A stretch of 64,000 bases of DNA from Vicugna vicugna (lineage: Eukaryota): contig MU058687.1 of NCBI GenBank assembly GCA_013265495.1, positions 1,488,001 to 1,552,000 of the forward strand, written 5' to 3'. The notes under the pieces were generated by a model. The model was not told where the DNA came from. It saw only the letters and a program-made list of their open reading frames with translations, and ran no database searches. Of this stretch, positions 37,331-49,132 are shown piece after piece. Numbering within the stretch: the first letter of the stretch is position 1; every line of letters begins with the position of its first letter. Position numbers and translations under genes: made by a program.

Positions 37331-40300
37331 GTGAGCGGAGCCGCAGCCAGGGTGGGGCGCCAGCCTTGTTCTCTAGTGGCTTGTGTACTTGTGGACTGAG
37401 AGACACCATCCAGTGCCTGCAGAATCAATGCGTACCCACTGGCATCTGCCCAGGCGACCTCAACCCCTCTGCTCCTCCCTGTTGCCTAGCGAGTGCCCCT
37501 CCCTGAACCAAGATGACCAGGGCAGCCTGCAGCCGTTTCTGCCCACCCAGATCCCTGGAAGGTGGGAGGAGCCAAGTTCCCAGCCTCTTACTGAGGTTAG
37601 ACCCTCGGTGCTTATTGATCCAGATGGCCCAGGACTGTTACTGCACATGCTGGTACACTGAGGGCTACCACAGTTGTCTGGGGTGGGTGCGAAAAAAGTA
37701 GGTGACAATTCCATGCACATGGGCAGTGGATGCAGCGACAGGACAGAGATAAGCTCCTCCCTCACGTGCAGGAGGCTCTTCCAGCCCTGCTTCCCATCTG
37801 CCTGGCCTCGGTTCCCCCAAAGATGACCCTCCAGCTCTTGGCTGCTGCCCTCGAGACCAGCGGTCAGCTCTGCATGCAGAGGCCAGTGGAGGGCTGCCTT
37901 GCCTTGGGTCCCTCGGGGCACGCCCCTGCCCTTCCATTTGGAATGTGCCAAACAGGTGTTCATTCTTTTTCTGGTCTCTGAGGCCTTCCCTGCTCCTCAA
38001 AAACAGTAGATGGCAGTGAAGGAACATGACCAGCCAGTGTCTCCAGCCTCCCCACCCCCAATCCCTTATTCATTTCTAAATAACAGTAGTAACGCTATAT
38101 AATAACAACATCATGGGGCAGGCTCCTGTTCTAACGTGTGCAACAGTTAACAGAAGTTGCTAACATCTGTAAAGTTGGGCACTGTGCAAAGTGCAGTGTG
38201 TATCCGGAGTATGTGATCTCATTTTATTGGCGTAATGATGGTATGAGGTAGGTGCCTTCAGATTTCTCGTTCTGCAGATGGGGAAACTAAGGAAGGCGTG
38301 GTGAGGTTAAGTAAGTTGCTCAGGTCCTTCAGCAACTAAGTGCTAGAACTGAGATTCGGGCCTGAAGCTAACTGCAAAGTGTTCGTCCTCCACACTGTGC
38401 TCTGCTGGCTCTAATTCATTCATTCATGAGTTCGTTCGTTCATTCATTCATTTGTTCACTCTTTTGCTCGTTCACTGATTTGCTGACAAGTAGTTTTAAG
38501 CATGTACTGAGTGACAGCCCTGTGCCAGGTGCACACACAGGCAGGGCCGGCTGTGGTCCTTCCTATGGGAGCCAGAGAGACAAAGCTGGGTTGGCCTGGG
38601 TTTTCTCTGATGCCGGGGAATCTATGGGTCTCTTCTCATGCTTAAAACAAGCAGAGAGCAGATCTGAGGTGATGGGTGTTGACACCATGGGGGTGTGTGT
38701 ATACCTACAGGCTCTGAGCATCTAGGGCGGGAACCAGTTGTCATAGGCAGGAGTTAGAGTCCTGGAGCCAGGTGCCCTGTTGGAAGAGATGGTGGACCAA
38801 GGCTGGGTGGGAAGTTTTCAAGAAATTTCTAAGACATGGGTCTCAATTATGCCTTTAAAATGGATGGAGTGGCACATACCTCATTTTCAGCCCCGAGTGC
38901 CTGCTGAGCTGGGCTAGGCACAGCAGGAAACGGAGAAGTCTCACATCACATCACATCCCTGCCTTCAAGGCTTGTCAGCCAGTCAGCAAGCGAGATGGGG
39001 CTAGTGAGTGCACACCAGTAACACACTAGTGCAGGGAACGGGGCTGGTGCTTCACACGTTCCAGTAACAATGGCTGAGCACCTACTGTGTGGCAGGCATT
39101 TCACGTGTCTGGTTTAATCTTATCACATTCCACTGGGCTAGACACCAGTCACCCCCATTTTAGACTTGGACCTGTAGCGCAGAGAGGTCAGGTTCCCCAC
39201 CCAGGGTCATATCACTAGCGTGCGCTGGAGCTGGGATTCCTCCATCGATTTGCTGGCCCATCCGTCCAGCCAGTAGTGTGGAAAAAGTGTTTGCCGCACA
39301 GTGGGCCCACGGGCCATGTCTGCAGTGGGACAGCAGGCGGGAATGGGATGTATGCTGAGTGTTGGGTTGGGCAAGCCCAACGGGCTGTTTGAACAGACGG
39401 AGGGGTCCTGTCCTAGTCTCGGCTGAGGAAAGACTGCTGATTGAGACAAAACCGGAGCAGGAGCCAACGTGGGGAAGGACAGGAATGGAGGGTTACCATG
39501 AACGGCAGTAGCAGAGGCCGGAGGCAAGAGGTGTTGATTGAAGGAATTGAAAAATGGTGAAGGAATTGAAAAGAAATGTCTTGGCTGGAGCTTAGAGTCT
39601 AAGGATAAATGGGGGCGCAGGCAGGCCCCAGATCCTTTGTGGGTCGGGTGGTGCTGGCTGCATTGTCTGGGGCAGTCCCGCTTCTGCCCGTTGTCCTGGC
39701 CTAATTCCTCACAGCACCTCCCTTCACTCTCCCCATTAGGAGGATGGAGCATGTAGCTATGGGGAGCCATGGGAGGGTTTCTGGACGAGAGAGATACACT
39801 CTAAACAGGTTGCTGTGGCAGCAGCGTGGGGCACGGATTGGGACGCCAAGAGGAGAAGACCCGTTCCGTGGCTGTGGTGTTGTCCTAGTGAGAGGAGAAG
39901 GCAGCTGTATGGCCTCAGGGTCTCGGAGGGAGGTTTGGGCAGCTCCTCCCCTCTGGCCTTGGAAGCAGAGGTTGGGTGTGAGGTTGAGAGCATGGATGCA
40001 GATGGCTGTGTTGTCAGTGCCTGAAGACATGGGGGAACCTCTTGTAATTTATCTTTTAACAGGTCAAATATTTACAAGGCGGAGATACAAAGGGATAGGG
40101 GTGTGTGTGTGTATATGTGTGTGTGCGTGCGCGTGTGTGCATGCATGTGCACACATATACACATACACATATATGAATAATGTAAAAAGTTACCCTCCTG
40201 TCGTTGACCCCTGAACACTCAGATCCAGCCTGGGAGATTCTGTAGCATCTCAGAGTTCACCTGCCTGGGCCAGCGAGGCCCTGAAGGAGGTAGGAGGCAG

Positions 40301-43069
40301 GCCTCTGAATGGGTGAGACCCACACCTGCAGCCCCAGAGCCGCCTCCGTACCTCTTTTGTCTGCATCCAGGCGCAGCAGCCCCAGGGCTTCCCGTTGCTG
40401 TACTGCCGGCCTCTGTAACTCTGCCTCACACGGTTCCCTGGGAATGGATACGGTACCACCATCTCCCATGGTGCTCCTTGCTCTTCGTAGCCACTCTCTC
40501 CTTGATGGTCACAGTGACTCTGGGAGGAGGCAAGGCCGCCCCATTCCACTGGGGAGGACTGTGAGACTCAGAGGGGTTAAAGTTTGCTCAAGGCCACACA
40601 GTGGCTGAGTCAGGGCCAGTACCCAGGGCTTCCTCTGCTGCCCAGCACTCTGTTCAGGTTGCCCAGGCTCAGAGATTGGGTATCTGGTTCACAGCAGCAT
40701 AGCTGGCAAGTGGCAGAGTCAGGATTTTAATTCAGACAGGTCTTTTGGGCTCAGAAGACCCCACCAGGCTTTTTTTTTGTTTCCTTACAGAAAGAGTTGA
40801 GAAGTGGAACTCTATCTGAACTGCATTAGGGTGACTTTTAAAAATAATACAGTCAGAAAATCTTAATGCTTAAAGTCCCCTGGGCCAACCGTTATATTTG
40901 CTGGGGGGAAACTAAGGGCCAGAGAAGGGGAGTGACTTGGCCAAGGGCACACAGCCAGGACAGCCAGCCCTTCACCCTATGTTTTTTATACTGCCTTTTG
41001 CTGACTGGAGTGGAGGAGACAAAACCTTCACTTGGCATTAATTCTATTCTCAAACAACAGATAGTTTCATTTTCTCTAGGGCAATAAATATCTACCAGAG
41101 GCAAAACGATAAACAAAAATGCCATCAGAGTCATTCTCTTCATAATTAAGGTGCGAAGATCCTAGCCCACGTTCCTGAATTAATTAGGAAAACAGATCAG
41201 GTAATTGCTGTTCTAAAACCACAAACCACTTCTACAATCATGGTTAAATAAAGATTCCTCTGAACTCAAATTATACTGACACAATAAATAAATATGTAGC
41301 ACCCACCTGTAAAACAGAAGGGACTAAAATGAAAAAAGCAGTTAGTCACCGTCCGACAGCCAGACTGTCAAGAGTTCAGGATAGCCTACGATGTACTCAT
41401 ACGTTTTCAAACCAGCAGAGTGTCATGCCGTTCCTATGATAAATGCACAAGGGAACCAAGTTGCCACATACCTACTCGGTCCTTTTGTGTAATACGGACG
41501 TTCACATGTAAGATGAGTTTGACGTGAGACTTTTCAAGGACGTGGATCTGTGTGCAGGGCTGCAGGATGCTGCATGTCGGACCCTGCCCTGTGAGGGGCC
41601 TGATCTAACTTCCACTCCCTGTACAACCCAACTTCTTCCCTCCCCTCCCCACCGCTCTCCAGAACAGCCCCCTCCCCTTCCTTGGACCCTTCCCCAGGCT
41701 CACAGGCAACTCTCTTCCTGGCCTCCCAGTCTGCAAATGCAGGCAGTCTCCAAGACCTGCCAAGTTTTCTTGGAAACGGCCTCCTCCTCTGCTTCTCATC
41801 CTCCTTCTCCTCTTCATATTCTCTTGCTCATGGCTTTAAGTAAAAATTCCTTAAGCCTCGCTAACCCTTCAGTTTACAGAGTGCTTTTCCCATGTGAAGT
41901 CATTTAATCCCCCTGATCATCATCTTTTCACAGGTGAGATAACTGAGGCTCAGGAGCTAAGAAACTTGCACTAGACTCTGATTCCAAGCCCTGCCAGCTT
42001 TTCCCGGTCTGGCTTTAAACCCACCTCCCCAGCTTTGTACCCCACTGTGTCCTAAAGTGACCTATATTCACAATGGAGGATTTTTCTCTCCTCAAAACAT
42101 CTTAAGCTTTCCCATGGCTGTGTCCTTGTTGGCTAAGGGCTCCCTTCTTGAAATCCACATCCCTCCCTCCATGGACTTTCTCTGCTCAACTAGAGTCAAC
42201 CCATTTTTCAAACCCAAGGTCAGACCGAGACATTTAGCACGCTCTCTGGAGGTCTTCTAGGCCCTGGATGGCTGATGGGCACATAAGCAGCTTTGCCCTG
42301 CCTCTCCCCTTAAAGAGGAATTGCACACAATCCACAGGGGCTCCTGGGCTCTGGATCCTCCACAGCCTTCACTGTAGACAGCAGGTCCTCAACAGATACT
42401 CGTGGGTGGATAGATTGAACAGAAACTCCTGAAGGCAGAGGCTCAGAGGTTTTGAAGTTGGAGCTAAAACCTTGGCTGGGGGGAAACCAGATGGTCAGAG
42501 ATGTTCCCAAGGTCACTGGCTTGTGGACCCAGTGAGCAGGTGGCCGAGATTAGCACCTGCCTGCCTGGGACTGACGGGTCACACACTCACAGTTCCACGC
42601 AGGGTCTCCCCGTCCCTGAGAGATGCACTTCCCTTGGAATTCTGACAATAGTGAACCGGGCTGGCCTCCCTGTTGCGCCTCGTCCTGTTAAGCCTAAAAC
42701 CACCATCACTGGCTTTTAATATTCTCCCCCTGAGCATTTTTTCCTTTTCTGAGGCTGTTCTCCCTCAGCGTCTAGTCACGAGGACCGCGCATCTCAGCAG
42801 TTCTGAGTTCCCCAGGCGCTCACGCTGCCACCTCAGAGGTGAGCACAAGGAAGAAATCAGTCAGACTGGCTGGTGTGGGGAAGACAGCAGCCCCAAGGCA
42901 TGTGTGGGCCCCCCACTCAGGGCCCAGGAGACCCTGGAGGGAGGCTGCTCAGCCATGCCTGCAGGCGGAGCTCTGAGGCCCCAGGTGGTGCCCATTGGAA
43001 CCACGACTCATTCTCTGTCTGCCCAGCCTGGCATGCAGGCTGCCCAGCCTCGCTCCATGGATGTCTTGG

Positions 43070-43250
43070 ACTAGACAGTTCTCATTGTGGGGCGTCCTGT
43101 GCACTGAAGGATGATTAGCAGCATCCCTGACCCCCACCCGCTAGATGCCAGGAACACCCACCCTCCTCAGTTACGACAACCAAAAACATATCCAGACATT
43201 GCCAAAGGTCTCCTGGGGGAGGAAATTGCTCCTCATTTGAGAACCACTGG
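43070..43250 (+). mobile_element. MER20 DNA transposon
   Basis: tgtcctgtgcac-like start; agcagcatccctg...ctagatgccag...acaaccaaaaacatatccagacattgccaaa...ttgagaaccactgg. Confidence 0.85.
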
Positions 43251-44193
43251 TCTAAACCATTGCTGGCCCTTGAGTAAATTCCAACCCTCAAACTGACAAA
43301 CTCAGACAGAGTCCAAGAAAAATCATTCAGGTACTTCTATATTCTACTGTTTTGATCCCCTGAGCCTTAAATTGGTATGCCTTTCACCTGTCCACATCAT
43401 GAACATGTAAACCCCCCCACTTTGCCCCAAATCAAATCTACATCCCCTCCTTTCCCTGGAGTCTCTCCAACTGAGCTGGAAGTTTTCTGGGAATCTCATT
43501 TGAGGTCTATATGAAACCAAACTTTGGATCCAGAAGGATGACTGTTGATTACCTCCCAACGCGCAAAGCTTCTAGATAACAGGGAATAAGGAAGAGGTGG
43601 TTTGAATAATTACAGACTAATAACTGGGGAGCTCATGTTTTGGGAAGAATTATAGGACCACTGGGCTTGCGGATCCTACAGGCCAGTACATCCCCAACAC
43701 ATATTTATCATACATAAAGCACTTTGCCATTGCCCTGCCGTTGTGGGCCAACTCGAACCCCTCCGTGGACCCTCCTGCTCTGGATCTGCTTGGCCTCCAT
43801 TCTTCTCCCACTCTTTGTTTCTTGTGCAAAAGCCCTGAGGCAGGAGGGTGTTTGGCATATTTGCACAAGAGCAAGGAAGCCACTGTGGCTGGAGTGGATT
43901 GCGTGAGGGGACAGAGATGGGACATAAGCCAGGCTGGCCCCAAGATATAACCGGGGTTCATCCCACTAGTGACATGGGCCAGTGTCACAGGTGTGATGGG
44001 CACAGCCTGAAGAAAGTCAGTTACCCCAGGGGGGATCAATAGCAGATTCTGTGCTTCCTCCAGTGGGAATCTGGTAGACAGAAAACAGACAAATGCCAGC
44101 CTGGAGTGCCCTGTGCCTACCCAGAGGGAGAGCTTCTCCCCAAAGCTGGTCCCCAGTGAGGGACTAAAGCCATGTCTCTGTTTTTGCACACAG

Positions 44194-44379
44194 GAATCTG
44201 AGCGGCTGGAACTCATGAATGCAGAGCTAAAGACCCAAATTGAGGAACTCAAGCAGGAGCGACAGCAGCTCATCCTAATGCTGAACCGGCATCGCCCCAC
44301 CTGTATTGTTCGGACCGACAGCGTCAAGACGCCCGAGTCAGAAGGCAACCCGCTGCTCGAGCAGCTAGAGAAGAAGTGA
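44194..44379 (+). CDS. JDP2: JDP2 coding exon 3 (aa 103-163, ESERLELMNAELK...VKTPESEGNPLLEQLEKK*), leucine zipper and C-terminus
   Basis: Acceptor tttttgcacacag|G; heptad L100/L107/L114/L121/L128/H135; T148-P149 MAPK site; TGA at 44377-44379. Total CDS 201+105+186 = 492 nt. Confidence 0.98.
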   Translation, partial: ESERLELMNAELKTQIEELKQERQQLILMLNRHRPTCIVRTDSVKTPESEGNPLLEQLEKK

Positions 44380-44390
44380 CCATGGGCTGG

Positions 44391-44429
44391 GAGGAGGAGG
44401 AAGAGGAGGAGGAGGAGGAGGAGGAGGAG
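44391..44429 (+). repeat. (GAG)13 trinucleotide repeat (one GAA) at the start of the JDP2 3' UTR
   Basis: Direct reading. Confidence 0.95.
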
Positions 44430-45317
44430 ATGGCCAGAGGGAGAAGGAAGAGGGCACCAGAGGGCCCTTCCTTGGTGCATGAAAAACTTTACAACAAGGC
44501 TCAGCACAGCCAGTAATTGGCCGGGCTTTTTTGTGAAATTCAGATCAGCCACACAAGGGGAAGAGCAGGCTGATGAAATCCAGAAGGACCAAGCGCTGAG
44601 ACCAAAGTAGACTCGAGGGTGGGGCTGTCCTGCTGGGGCCCAGCTCAGAAGAGGCAGGACAGAGGCACCCCGGCCGGCCGGAGAGACGCCCAACCAGGCA
44701 GCCTCGGGCACTCCTCCGGCCTCTCTGCCAGGGCACCTACCCCAGGGACCTCCGAGCAGCCAGGAAAATCCATGAGTTGCAACCAAAATGTGGCTGAGGA
44801 TGGAACCGAGTGACACTGCCATCTGCCTGCCCCAGCCCTGATCCTTGACCCTGATGCGGGGCTGGAGAGGGCTGTGATGCGGGGCCCCATGTGGCCCTGC
44901 CCGGGAGCCACAGCCGGGCACACCCTCGCTGGCCCTGCCGGAGTTTGCTGTGGGCACGAGGCGCGGGCGCCCTTCCAAAGCACATACTCACTGAATGTTT
45001 ACAGACTGGCTGTCCTGGCAGGACTTTCAACTGCACATGTTTTTTATACTTTCTTTCCTTTTTTTTTTTTTTTAATATTTTTTACAAAAAAAAAGATTTT
45101 ATACAAGCAATATATATATGGATTTCTATAATCACTCGATGTGATACAGTATAAATATGCTATGGTTTGTTTGCTACGAACAGATATCCAGCAGTTATGG
45201 CCGTTGTGTGTAACTCCTAAGTACTGTAGTCTCTGGGCGTTGGTGGGTGGCCGGGGCGGGGGTGGGGTGCATTTCCATCCTGGTAAACCCTTCATAGTAC
45301 TCAGTCCTGTATCGCTC

Positions 45318-45323
45318 AGTAAA
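45318..45323 (+). terminator. Candidate non-canonical polyadenylation signal AGTAAA
   Basis: Variant hexamer with upstream TGTA motifs and downstream ctcttgtgtctg; repeat-derived sequence starts about 150 nt later; no AATAAA seen between the stop and this site. Confidence 0.55.
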
Positions 45324-47087
45324 CGTTACTCTTACTTACCCAGCCGCCTCTTGTGTCTGCCTAGGGAATGGGGTGCTAGGCCCACACCTGGCGGGCCTCT
45401 TGGGGTACAGTGTGGGAGAATGTCTGGAGCATCTGCTGTGGGCTCTTGGTTTGCATAACTCCCCTCCTGGGTAAGTATGTATATGCCCATTTTACAGATG
45501 TGGAAGTTGAGGCTCAGAGAAGTTAAAACTGCAGTACTTACTTCATTTATTTGCTCAACAGATGTTTCCTGTGTACCAGCCGTGTGTGTGTCAGGCACTC
45601 TACATGGCGCTGAGTAGTTGCTGGGGAATCAAACCAACCTAGGCCCTGTGCTCATGGAGTTAACAGTCACGAGCTAAATCCTGCGCTTGCTCCAAATACT
45701 GGCTCTGCTCATCTTCACAACAACCTTGCTGGGGAGCAATTGTCCCCGATGGTAGATGAGGAATTCAAGGTCAGGGAGATTAAACTTGCCTCCACTATTT
45801 GTTGAAGACTTACTGTGTGACCAGCACCGATAGTCTCATTCATTTCTTTCAACAGCACAAAATAGGTATCATCACCTCCATTTTACAAACAACTTAACTG
45901 AAGCTCAGAGCGGGTAAGTGACTTATCCAAGGTCACCCAGCTAGCAAGGGGGCCAAGCTGATGTGTGAACTTGGCTTCCAAAGACCTATGACTCTCCCCC
46001 TGTGGCCAACTGACTACACGATTGTCCCCGTGGTGGAACGTCTCACCTGATTAGAACAGGAAGCCAATGAGGCCACCGTTGCAGATCTAGTTTCTGGGAG
46101 GGCTGGAGGGAGTTACAGGTTGTGCTGTGATCATGGAGTGAACCTGTGATGTGAGCAAATGGTGCGGACGACTCGGCCACACCCTCACTTCCACAGCTGA
46201 ATACCCACCCCCAAGAGCAAGCTCTGTCTGGTGCCATAGGCAATGAGCTGCCATTTACTTGGCTTGTGACGGTTCACAGGGCACTCATCCTTGTTATCTC
46301 ATCTGATATTCAAGCTCTGTGAGTTGGGTGGGATAGGTGTTTTGGTTCCGTTGTATTTTTGTGCAAACTGAGGCTTACAAAGATGAAAGTTCACCAGCTA
46401 AAAACAGGCAGAATTAAGCACTGAGCCCCACCCTCCTGCCTTCTACTTGTGTGTCCACTCTTCTCTGTCACTGGGCTGGATAACTAGCTGCTGCTGCTGC
46501 GGTTTCACAGCAAGGATGGCAGTGACCTGGGCTGCTCCTCCAATCATGAACGAGGCCTTCTGGGATGGAAGAGAAAAGCCTGGGTCATTAATCCACCTTT
46601 GGTTCCTTCCTTACTCATCTCAGGTCCCCTCTACCCAACATGCGGAGTGTGGCCCCTTCAGCCCTGTCTTGGAAGCAGGGTAAACCCTCAGGCTGCAATC
46701 CTTTGACCTTTTACAAGCCTTGAGAAAAACAAAGACATGGACTTACAGGCCCTTCAAGTGACCTACTGGATGTTACTGCAGGACTGCCACCTGCCACTGG
46801 CTGTGGTTCCTCTGGTCCTGTGCTGGGTCAGGCGAGTCTGTACCTCCAGCACCGAGCCCTCCTTCGCCTCTGCGAATGGGCTGTCTCTTGGAATCAGGGA
46901 CAGGTGCTGTGCAGAGGCCTGCCCCTCCTCGTCGGGACCGCCACTCCCTGCAGTGGGAAGCCGGAAGTTACAATCACAGTCTTCCTTTTCAGAGCTAACA
47001 TTCGAGTGTTTTCTTTGTGCCCAACACTTTAGATGTGCTACTGCAGCCAGTCCATGTGACCTCACTGGGAGGTGGGTGCCATCATCC

Positions 47088-47598
47088 TGAGGCAGGAAGC
47101 CCCATAAAAAGACTGGCAGGACCCCCAGTCAGGGCCACTACTCTCCTGCCAGCACCGTCCTGTTCCCTGACCCAGAGGCTCTATCTCACTTTTTGCCTCT
47201 GAAATGGCTTACTTACCCGTAAAATTCTATTGGTTCCCTGAGCTCACTCCTTATTGGTTATTTCCCTCACTCCTGATTGGTTATTTCCTTCACTCCTGAT
47301 TGGTCCATTTCTACAAAGCTTGTTCTTAATTAGTCAACTTTTGTTATACCTCATTTGCATATGATGTTGCAGAAGTGCAAACTGGCAGCTTATAAAAGAC
47401 GGTGTAACCTTACAGACGGGGTCCAGAGCCTGGAGTGTTAACTCCTGTGGGCCCGGTTGCGTAATAAACCTGAGTTCTCCAACTCTGAGTGCTGCTTGGT
47501 CTCTCACTCGGATCCAGGTTGCTGTCACAACTGAGCTGTGACACCAAGCTGTAACACTGAGCTATAACACAGAGCTGTAACACATTTTTTCTGCAACA
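47088..47598 (+). mobile_element. Intact solo ERV LTR (ERV1-like, 511 bp) with a 4-bp TSD, inserted into a MIR
   Basis: TG...CA ends; ATCC on both sides (47084-47087, 47599-47602); TATAAAA 47391; AATAAA 47463; the flanks rejoin as a reverse MIR core. Confidence 0.88.
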
Positions 47599-47760
47599 AT
47601 CCCCATGTTGCAGATGAGACAACTGAGACACAGAGAAGTAGTAACTCACCCTAGGTCACAGTCCTTTGGGTGGCAGAGGCAGGATGTTTTACAGTCTGAC
47701 TCTAAGTGTACAAAAGCTGGCCCGGGCCTCACTGGGGGGACACACTCCGCGTTTGTGGCA

Positions 47761-47768
47761 TGACGTCA
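47761..47768. promoter_or_regulatory. Perfect CRE palindrome TGACGTCA
   Basis: aTGACGTCAg with the CpG retained; function not shown. Confidence 0.45.
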
Positions 47769-48449
47769 GTTGCTAGGAGAACTTGTGTGCAAGAGGACAG
47801 AAAATACGGCACAGGTTGAAAATTCCCAACTCTTGGACACCCATCTCCAAGTGTACGTACAGTAGACATATTTAAAGGCAAGTAGGTTCAAGATCTCATC
47901 TTCTTCTGACTAGTCACGAGCCTCACTTTTCTTATCTGTAAAGTAGGCACAGTAATAATCCAAGTCTTTCTTATGGGATTGTTGTCCGGGTCAAATGAGG
48001 AAGGCATGTGAAAGTGTTTTGTGAAATACAAAGCTCTAGAAAACAGCAATTCTCTTGCCCTCCGTTGGAGGGGATAGTCATCATTTACCACAGAGTACAA
48101 ATTACTTGAATATCTTCTGTAGAGGTGGCTGCAGAGTTTATGTTCTGGCCATGTATCCGGTTCCCATGGTGATAGATGCCTGGGATCCAAGACTCCTGGG
48201 TTTGTTCAGCTCCTGAGAAGCCACAGCCAGCTGTGTTGGGCTCATCATCCTCCCTCTAGGCCTCCCTATGCCCTCCTGCCGGGTGGTCATAAATAAGACT
48301 TGTGCCACCTCTGCAGAGGGTTGCTGTGAGAATCACCTGGGCACGCTGAGGAAGACCAGACCCATCAGAAATCAGATGAGCAGCAACTCGTATGTGTTGA
48401 TCAGGATACAGACTGAAGGGAACTTACAGACGCTGCCCGTGGGAAGTTG

Positions 48450-49132
48450 ATATGACCAGTGTGTAAAGCAGTCTGGCAATAATGGTGGCACTAAAGCTAA
48501 ACACATCCTTTGGCCTAGCCATTTCCTGACTAGGTGTACACCTTGGAGGAACCTAGAATATGGGGCACAGGGAAAAGTACAGGCATGTTCCCGGAAGCTT
48601 TGCCTGTAATAAAGAAAAGTTGGAGACAGCCTAAATACCTGTGAACAGAAGAGCAGATAAATTGTATTTTCGTAAAATCGAATATTATTTAGCAGTTAAA
48701 AAAGAATGACTCAGAGCTATGGGTATCAATGTGGATAAACCTCAGAATAGAGAATGGGGAGCAAGTTACAGACAGATATATGCAGTATACCATTTATGTA
48801 ATGTTTCCAAACACATACATTGATAGTTTATTATTTATGGATACACACAGATCTGAGTAATAGAGGTATAAAAGCATGCACAGGAATGCTGTAAGTGTTA
48901 AAAATCAGTAATAGGGAATTCCTCCTGGGGCTGGGAGGAAGGGGGTTGGGGATGGCATCTGTAAGGGTAAAGAAGACACTGGGTTTCAACTATACATGTA
49001 ACATCTATTTCTAAAAGGCTGAATCAAATGTAGACTAATGTTCGAATTTATTAGAGGTGGGTGATTTGCACACAAACTCGCGTTGTCCTCTCCACATTTC
49101 TCTGTATGCTTGGCATATTTCATAATAAAAAA
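48450..49132 (+). mobile_element. Old L1 (L1MC/L1ME-like) 3' fragment
   Basis: gaatattatttagcagttaaaaaagaatga; ends ctgtatgcttggcatatttcataataaaaaa. Confidence 0.65.

Larger units (their letters stand above)
7200..45345 (+). other. JDP2: JDP2 gene span (CpG-island first exon(s) to the proximal poly(A) region); both ends approximate
   Basis: Three coding exons splice into the 163-aa JDP2 protein; CpG island about 9.5 kb upstream of the first coding exon; AGTAAA at 45318. Confidence 0.9.
44380..45345 (+). other. JDP2: JDP2 proximal 3' UTR (longer isoforms may extend further)
   Basis: Follows the stop codon; GAG repeat; U-rich and A-rich block 45038-45095; TGTA elements; AGTAAA at 45318-45323; GT-rich sequence after about 45348. 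Confidence 0.7.

Noticed and set aside
43650..44978. 442-aa antisense ORF overlapping the last JDP2 exon
   Set aside because: Non-AUG (TTG) start, no recognisable domain, poly-Leu from the GAG repeat; a typical GC-rich shadow frame.
47520..47585. Short tandem gagctgtaacac-like repeats resembling an array
   Set aside because: Internal to the solo LTR and lacking unique spacers.
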